Assembly: GCF_006345805.1 (NCBI RefSeq)
Contig: NW_021836252.1
Location: forward strand, 1 to 24,957
Source of the DNA: Octopus sinensis
Taxonomy: Eukaryota
Reading direction: 5' to 3'
Length of the DNA stretch: 24,957 nucleotides
Part shown: positions 18,964-24,957 of the stretch, piece after piece
How positions within the stretch are numbered: the stretch's first letter is position 1
Layout: each line of letters opens with the position of its first letter
Position numbers and translations under genes: made by a program
The notes under the pieces: model-generated
Database searches by the model: none
The model's input: only the letters and a program-made list of their open reading frames with translations
Told to the model about the DNA's origin: nothing

Positions 18964-18966
<3 letters not shown>

Positions 18967-20133
18967 CAATGTATATATATATGAATGTATGTGTACACAC
19001 ATACACGCACACTCACACACACATACATGTACATATACGCGCGTACATATGTGTATATTTGTGCGTACGTATAACATTTCGAAATATAACACATACATAC
19101 AAATGCATACACTCTCACGCACATACACTCGAACGCACACATACACACGCTCATATATTTGTCCTAGCTTAGATTGATACATCTATCTATGTATTTGTAA
19201 GTGTGCATGTCTGTATAACTAAATGCATGTATGCTTGTATGTGTGTGTGTGTGTATGTGTGTATGTGTGTATGTGTGTCTCATTTGCGAATGTCACAGAT
19301 ACAGGAATCAAAAAATAAAAATAAACGTACAAAATAAAATAAAATAAAATAAAAAAAACAAACAAACACACAAAATCCTCCCCAAAATGACAATCTCTTC
19401 TCTGTTGTCTGATCACAAATGAAATGCTCTTTGCTTCACCCACACCACCACCACCACCACAGCAGGTCTTCTCTTTAGTTGTAATACGGCACATGTGATC
19501 TCACAATGATATTTAGTCGTGTTAGAAATTAAAACACTAAGCACAGTCTATTTATTTAACTTTGCCATTGTATGTAACTCAACAACACTATGAACTTTTT
19601 TCTAATTTAAGCGGAAGTTGCATGCTAGCATACCGGAAGAAGGCCTTATCAACAACACCCACAGACCATTTTTATTCACGTCTTGGTACTCTTTCATCTT
19701 TTCTTGTCTCTCTTTTCTTTTTATTCCTTGTTTCTTTCCCATTTTTTTTCTTTTTATTCCTTGTTTCCATCCCATTTTTTGTCTTTTCTGATGTTCTGCA
19801 CTTTACAGATTTTCTTTTTCATTCTCTTTCATTCTTTTTCTTACACATTATCCTTCGTTCCTCTTTTTATTTATCTATTCATCACTTTTCATTTACTTCT
19901 ATTTTGCTCATTCACAAACGGGCATTTTTAGATTGGAATTTTTATTTTTTTTTATTTTTATGTTCTTCATATTTTCTTTTCTCTTATAACAGAACTTGAT
20001 TTATAACTTATACTGCTGCTACAGTGCAAGACAGATTTAGTTGAAGACCGTTTCAGCGGCACTCTATCTCTAAAGTGCAGTGTAATATATGGGATACCGT
20101 GGTATTTCTATGTTAATTCAATACGTGTGTGTC

Positions 20134-20179
<46 letters not shown>

Positions 20180-20854
20180 CGTACCAGGCATGTATAACAT
20201 TTAAGTAATGCAAGCTTTTGCTACCTATCCGGTTTAGTTAGCCATTTATGTATGCGTGCATGTATGTTTATATGTGTGTGCTGTGTGTGCGTGTGTGTGT
20301 GTATAATTATATATTAGCTTACAACTAGACAAAGAAGCAAGCAAGCAAGCAGGCAGACAGGCGAACATGTAGCATTGCTGCTTCTATATTCAGGAGTCGG
20401 TTAGCTTCTACTCTGAGAGACGTCGGTGTTTTGAATCTGTGGTTGAGTACGTTATATAATCACTAACATTTGAAAGACCTAGTTGCGGTCTGAATCGGTA
20501 AGATACAACTAACGGAGTATAGAGCAGATACCAGTAAAAGTAACACACCTAGATATTTATATTTATTAATTAATTTATTTGTTTGTTTATTTTTGCTTAC
20601 TTGCTCCAAATAATTCTCTCATCGCAAGGCTAGACTGTATCACTGATACGAAAGCAATTCATATACTGCAGAGTTTCGTAACTTAGTGATAGTATTACAG
20701 AGTTATGCCAGAATTATCTTCGTTTGCGATACCAATCGTAGTTTTACGATTGCAGCACAGGTAGTGGGCCACCTTTACGAAGAAGAAATTTTCGTTTCGT
20801 TGAAACTATTCAGGGTACAAGTACTTATATATATATTTGTCTGTGTGTTTGTGT

Positions 20855-20891
20855 ATACATACATACATACATACATACATACATACATACA

Positions 20892-20922
<31 letters not shown>
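20855..20922. repeat. (TACA)n tetranucleotide tract, probable tail of the adjacent RTE LINE
   Basis: Pure TACA run directly after the LINE 3' UTR on the minus strand. Confidence 0.85.
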
Positions 20923-21200
20923 GGCTGCCCGCTCGTTATCGAGTATGGCCATTGCACGAAGCTTAACTATTACTGGTGCTGTGATCGAATGTGACTTTTT
21001 AGCCCAGTTAAAGATCTACAATGTCTTGTACAGAATTGGCAACTAAAACCTTTACCGTTAATAGCCGGCTGTAGTTGTAACTGGGCTTCATGTACCTTTG
21101 CATGTCGTTTAAGTCTCCTGCCGAATACACTCTCTTCCACATGCCCAACCGATATGAGTAGTAGGTGTGTAACACCACCACCAGTGGCCAGGTTGTCACT
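20923..21200 (-). mobile_element. RTE-clade LINE 3' end
   Basis: VEESVFGRRLKR..FSCQFCTRHCRSLTGLKSHIRSQHQ* (C2H2-like end typical of RTE ORFs), a short 3' UTR, then a microsatellite tail. Confidence 0.7.
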
Positions 21201-21203
21201 CAT

Positions 21204-21248
21204 CTATCTCGCTTTATGACTACGAAGATGACTCTTGAGTCCAGCTTT
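21204..21248 (-). mobile_element. Second RTE-like C-terminal stub
   Basis: Reverse strand reads KAGLKSHLRSHKAR*, paralleling TGLKSHIRSQHQ*. Confidence 0.5.
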
Positions 21249-21279
21249 ATACATACAATACATACATACATACATACAT

Positions 21280-21310
<31 letters not shown>

Positions 21311-21320
21311 TACATACAAA
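21249..21320. repeat. (TACA)n/(CA)n microsatellite
   Basis: Tetra- then dinucleotide run. Confidence 0.9.
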
Positions 21321-21378
21321 CATACATACATACATGCATACACACATACATACTCATACACACGCACACACACATATA

Positions 21379-21771
21379 TAGCGTATCCCCCCAAAATGTA
21401 TACACACTTTAGCAGCTGATAACTCAACTGATGTTTTTTCCTTCCAGATTAAGTCCGTTGGAATCAATGATGGCAGTCAGACTAAGCTTTGAACGAAAGA
21501 AATTCATTCCAAAATGCTAATGGAAGTATAAAAACGCAGTTGAAATGCTAAGACAGTTTAGGAGAGAGTTTCAACGCGACTTACTATCACTCGAATTAGA
21601 GGTAAGTTTGAAGCCGACGAAACTGTTCAGAATATCCGCGAAAAGCGTTCTGGAAGACCACGAAAATCGTCAGCCCCCACAAAGCAAGAAGGAGTGCTGG
21701 AAACGTATCAGCAAAGTCCAAGAGAATCTGTGCAGCAAGCAAGCCGTGAGGTAGGTATTTCAAAATCGTCT
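21379..21771 (+). mobile_element. Tc1/mariner-superfamily transposon 5' part (HTH of DUF4817-like type)
   Basis: TIR-like TAGCGTATCCCCCCAAAATGTATACACACTTT after TA. From 21470: MAVRLSFERKFIPKC*WKYKNAVEMLRQFRREF / TITRIRGKFE..TVQN..KRSGRPR..VLETYQQSPRESVQQASREVGISKSS. Confidence 0.75.
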
Positions 21772-21852
21772 GGATGAAAGGGAAAGTTGACCTCGGTTGA
21801 TTTTAACTCAAAACGTGAAGATGGATGAAAGGCCGCTAAGCATTTTGTGTCG
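21772..21852 (-). mobile_element. SINE family B fragment
   Basis: Reverse complement AAAATGCTTAGCGG..CGTTTTGAGTTAAAATCAACCGAGGTCAACTTTCCCTTTCATCC. Confidence 0.7.
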
Positions 21853-22679
21853 TGATTGTCATTATTATTATTCTTATTGTAAAATATTACAAATCCGCCA
21901 TAATTATTAACTGGCACCTAACCCAATAAATCGCAAAACACTGATCTAGATCCGGTTACATATATCACCTTTATGCTCCATTGGACATAAAATTATATAA
22001 AAGACAACAGGAGCAATTAAAAATAGAACTAGACTCATGCCCGACCATGGACGATCCTTGCTGCATGGCTAAGACTACAATCGAGATATAACATCGAATG
22101 CTGAACAAGACAAAAGGAAGCGAAATAAAGAAATGTTGAAACGTATAGAGGCAAATCTCTGACGTGCCTACAGTTTGTGTTTGTGCGTGTGCGCGCGGTT
22201 CTATGCGTGTGTGTTCCTGGGTTCATGTGCATGCACACACTGTGTCACATGTAATCAGCCCGATCGGTTCAATTAATGCGCGCCATTTAAGCTATAATAT
22301 TTTACATAACCACATCAGAGGAAGTAATAGGCATTTACGTCACAAATCTTCTCTCAAACTAATAAAAGGGAGCGGTGCTTTTTTTCCAGTCTCTTGATCT
22401 ACTTCCAAGCGTGCCCACTCTTACAGTCGACCGCTTTCAGTGTATATCAGTCAATATGTGGATAGCGATAACGTCTCTAACTAACTCTTTTTCCTATTTA
22501 AGCAATTTCTTCTGTATGCCACTAATCTTGTATCACGTGTGTGTATATTTATATGTACACATATGTAGTTTCTCCAATCACACACAACAAACATATATTT
22601 ATGTGTGTATGTGTACATATATACATACATGCATATGATATATATATAAACCACACGTCTGCATATATATATATTAATA

Positions 22680-22712
<33 letters not shown>

Positions 22713-22781
22713 TATATGCAGGCGTGTGGTTTATATATATATATATGACATGCATGTATGTATATATGTACACATGCTCTT

Positions 22782-23204
22782 TCTCTTTTACTCTTTTACT
22801 TGTTTCAGTCATTTGACTGGGGCCATGCTGGAGCACCGCATATAGGTCGAGCAAATCGGCCCCAGGACTTATTCTTTGTAAGCCTAGTACTTATCCTAGC
22901 GGGCTCTTTTGCCGAACAGCTAAGTTACGGGGACGTAAACACACCAGCATCGGTTGTCAAGTTCATGTTGGGGGACAAACACAGACACACAAACATATAC
23001 ACACACACATACATATATATATATATATGTGTACATATATACGATAGGCTTCTTTCATCATCCGTCTACCAAATCCTCTCACAAGGCTTTGGTCGGCTCG
23101 AGGCTATAGCAGAAAGCATTTGCCCAAGGTACCACGCAGTGGGACTGAATCTGGAACCATGTGGTTGGTAAGCAAGCTACTTACCACACAGCCACTCCTG
23201 CGCC
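22782..23204 (-). mobile_element. SINE family A, full length
   Basis: Head GGCGCAGGAGTGGCTGTGTGG through tail CAAATGACTGAAACAAGTAAAAGAGTAAAAGAG. Confidence 0.9.
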
Positions 23205-23521
23205 TTTAGTCGAGCAAACCAACCCCAGGATTTATTCTTTGTAAGCCTAGTACTTCTGCCGAATCGCTAAGTTACGTGGATGTAAATACACCAACATCGG
23301 TTGTTAAGCCATGTTGGGTGGACATACACACGCATATATATATATATATATATATATATACGACAGGCTTCTTTCAGTTTCCGTCTACCAAATCCACTCA
23401 CAAGGCTTTGATCGGACCGAGGCTATAGTAGAAGACACTCGCCCAAGGTGCCACGCAGTGGGACTGAACTCCGAACCCTGAGGTTGATAAGCAAGCTACT
23501 TACCACACAGCCACTCCTACA
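23201..23521 (-). mobile_element. SINE family A, second unit of a head-to-tail dimer
   Basis: Complete head, an internal deletion, and a 3' end truncated at AAAGGCG, where it joins the head of the neighbouring copy. Confidence 0.85.
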
Positions 23522-23559
23522 CTATGAAAAATGCAAAAATATGTTGGCGGTAGCGTGTG

Positions 23560-23940
23560 CTTTTGGCTGAAGTCAAGCGAAAGTAGTTTTGTGAAAATGA
23601 AAGGATTTTTACCCACATTCAAGATACTTCAGGGATGTAGAGCACTGTAATCACCAAGGAAAGAGGTAAAATCATCGAAGGAATAGAACATCTTATTTCC
23701 TTCAGGCTTGAACGATAGACCCATCAGCCTATCCCCATAAGCCAGATGATAGTTCAAGAGAAATCGCTTTTCTTGTACACTCGCCTTAAAAAGAAGTATG
23801 CTGACGACGTGACAGAGGATTTCAAGATCGGTCCAAAATGGTTGATACGATTCAAGCAGTGACATAAACCTTACCATAACGTTAAGTTTTAAGGCGAAAG
23901 TTCATCGGTGGATTCATTAGCAGCGACTGAGTTTTCTAAT
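23560..23940 (+). mobile_element. Pogo/Tigger transposase fragment (CENP-B-type HTH)
   Basis: STVITKERGKIIEGIEHLI..IPISQMIVQEKSLFLYTRLKKKY..KWLIRFKQ*..HNVKF*GESSSVD follows the Tigger1 N-terminal pattern, with stops. Confidence 0.75.
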
Positions 23941-24076
23941 ATTAATGAAGGTTAAGACAGCGGCTTTATTCACCAGCAATTCCCAAAGTATGCCATGACA
24001 ATTGAACTGCATTACCTTTATAGCGTACCATGTTTAGAGCAATACATATGTTGTCATCCTTGTTTTCCTAAACTCA

Positions 24077-24480
24077 TTTACTCTTTTAGTTGTTTCAGTC
24101 ATTTGACTGCGGCCATGCTGGAGCACCGCCTTTAGTCGAATAAATCGACCCCAGGACTTATTCTTTATAAGCCTAGTACTTATTCTATCGGTTTCTTTTG
24201 CTGAAACGCTAAGTGACGGGGACGTAAACCCCCCCCCCCATTAGTTGTCAAGCAATGGTGGGGGGACAAACACAGACACACAAACATATACACACTTACA
24301 TATATATACATATATACGACGGGCTTCTTCCAGTTTCCGTCTACCAAATCCACTCACAAGGCTTTGGTCGGCCCGAGGCTATAGTAGAAGACACTTGCCC
24401 ATAGTGCCACGCAGTGGGACTGAACTCAGAACCATGTGGTTCGTAAGCAAGCTACTTACCATACAGCCACTCCTGCGCCT
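24077..24480 (-). mobile_element. SINE family A, full length
   Basis: Same organisation as 22782-23204; the head ends CCACTCCTGCGCCT on the + strand. Confidence 0.9.
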
Positions 24481-24540
24481 AAAAGTAAATAAAAAGTAAA
24501 TAAAGCAAAAGTAAAAGTAAATAAAGCAAAATATATATCA

Positions 24541-24711
24541 TAATTATTTACATTATTTACATTCGACCGATATTTGTCCTCATCTTCTTTGTTGTTAACA
24601 CAACGTTTCGGCTGATATACCCTCCAGCCGTCATCAGGTGTCTTGGGGAAATTTCGAATGTAAATACTGTAAATAGTGTACATAATTCTTCATCTCTTAA
24701 ATATAGAACTG
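24541..24711 (-). mobile_element. Headless hammerhead element with inverted 3' terminus
   Basis: 24541-24657 matches 15700-15816; 24654-24711 is the reverse complement of the element terminus seen at 15679-15725. Confidence 0.85.
24597..24642 (-). ncRNA. Minimal type I hammerhead ribozyme, intact core
   Basis: RNA: GACAC CUGAUGA C GGCUGG AGGGUAUA UCAGCC GAAA CG UU GUGUU. 5-bp stem I, 6-bp stem II, palindromic mini stem III (AACGUU), GUU triplet. Confidence 0.85.
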
Positions 24712-24957
24712 TATGTCATAATTATTCGCAACAAAATAGTGAAGATGGTATTTATATAGAAAAACACAAAATGAAATATAAAATCTTTTTCTTTATTATT
24801 TAAATCCTAAAATGATATCCGAATCTCCTTGTGTGTGGGTGTGGGTGGGGGTTGAGAAGTGTGGAACCACCTCTTGGCCACTATTGCTCCCATGTTTACT
24901 CTAACTCGGATCAGTAGCATCTGGTAAGGCATCAGTGGTGGCTTAATTATCATAAAA

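Noticed and set aside
19562-19999. F/L/S-rich ORFs resembling a membrane protein
   Set aside because: A pyrimidine-rich low-complexity tract, including a 33-bp period duplication at 19713-19774.
20770-20820. CTGAATA GTTTCAAC GAAACG (minus) as a hammerhead
   Set aside because: G8 is missing and the stem II loop is only 2 nt.
21905-22160. Possible decayed retroelement coding fragment (EQLKIELDSCPTMDD..)
   Set aside because: Several stops and no diagnostic motif; needs tBLASTx against Dfam.
22375-22500. TTTTTTTCCAG acceptor and possible exon
   Set aside because: No strong donor and no recognisable peptide; the ORF runs into a microsatellite.
23629-23877. 82-aa minus-strand ORF
   Set aside because: Antisense shadow of the Tigger fragment on the + strand.

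Overview
AT-rich, microsatellite-dense eukaryotic DNA, almost entirely repeat-derived. The SINE families and overall composition point to an octopod cephalopod (inference, not verified by search). I find no credible host gene, rRNA, genuine tRNA or CRISPR array. The centre is a nested pair of retroelements. A decayed Penelope-like element (PLE; RT at ~8.6-10.1 kb, GIY-YIG at ~13.7-14.45 kb) is split inside its Asn-coding (AAT)n linker by a young, 5'-truncated R4/Dong-like RLE non-LTR element (10135-13735) whose RT/CCHC/PD-(D/E)xK ORF is intact. A short inverted copy of the same PLE linker without the insertion (an empty site) lies at 2738-2869. Around these are two tRNA-derived SINE families (some as head-to-tail multimers), Tc1/mariner (DD37D maT, Tc1, mariner MITE) and Tigger fragments, CR1- and RTE-type LINE 3' ends, two fold-back elements and a ~310-bp tandem duplication. 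The most striking signal is a set of minimal type I hammerhead ribozyme motifs. One lies in a ~365-bp element that couples a Pol III tRNA-like head to the ribozyme (15679-16043). A second copy has an intact core and an inverted terminus (24541-24711). Approximate boundaries are read by eye.
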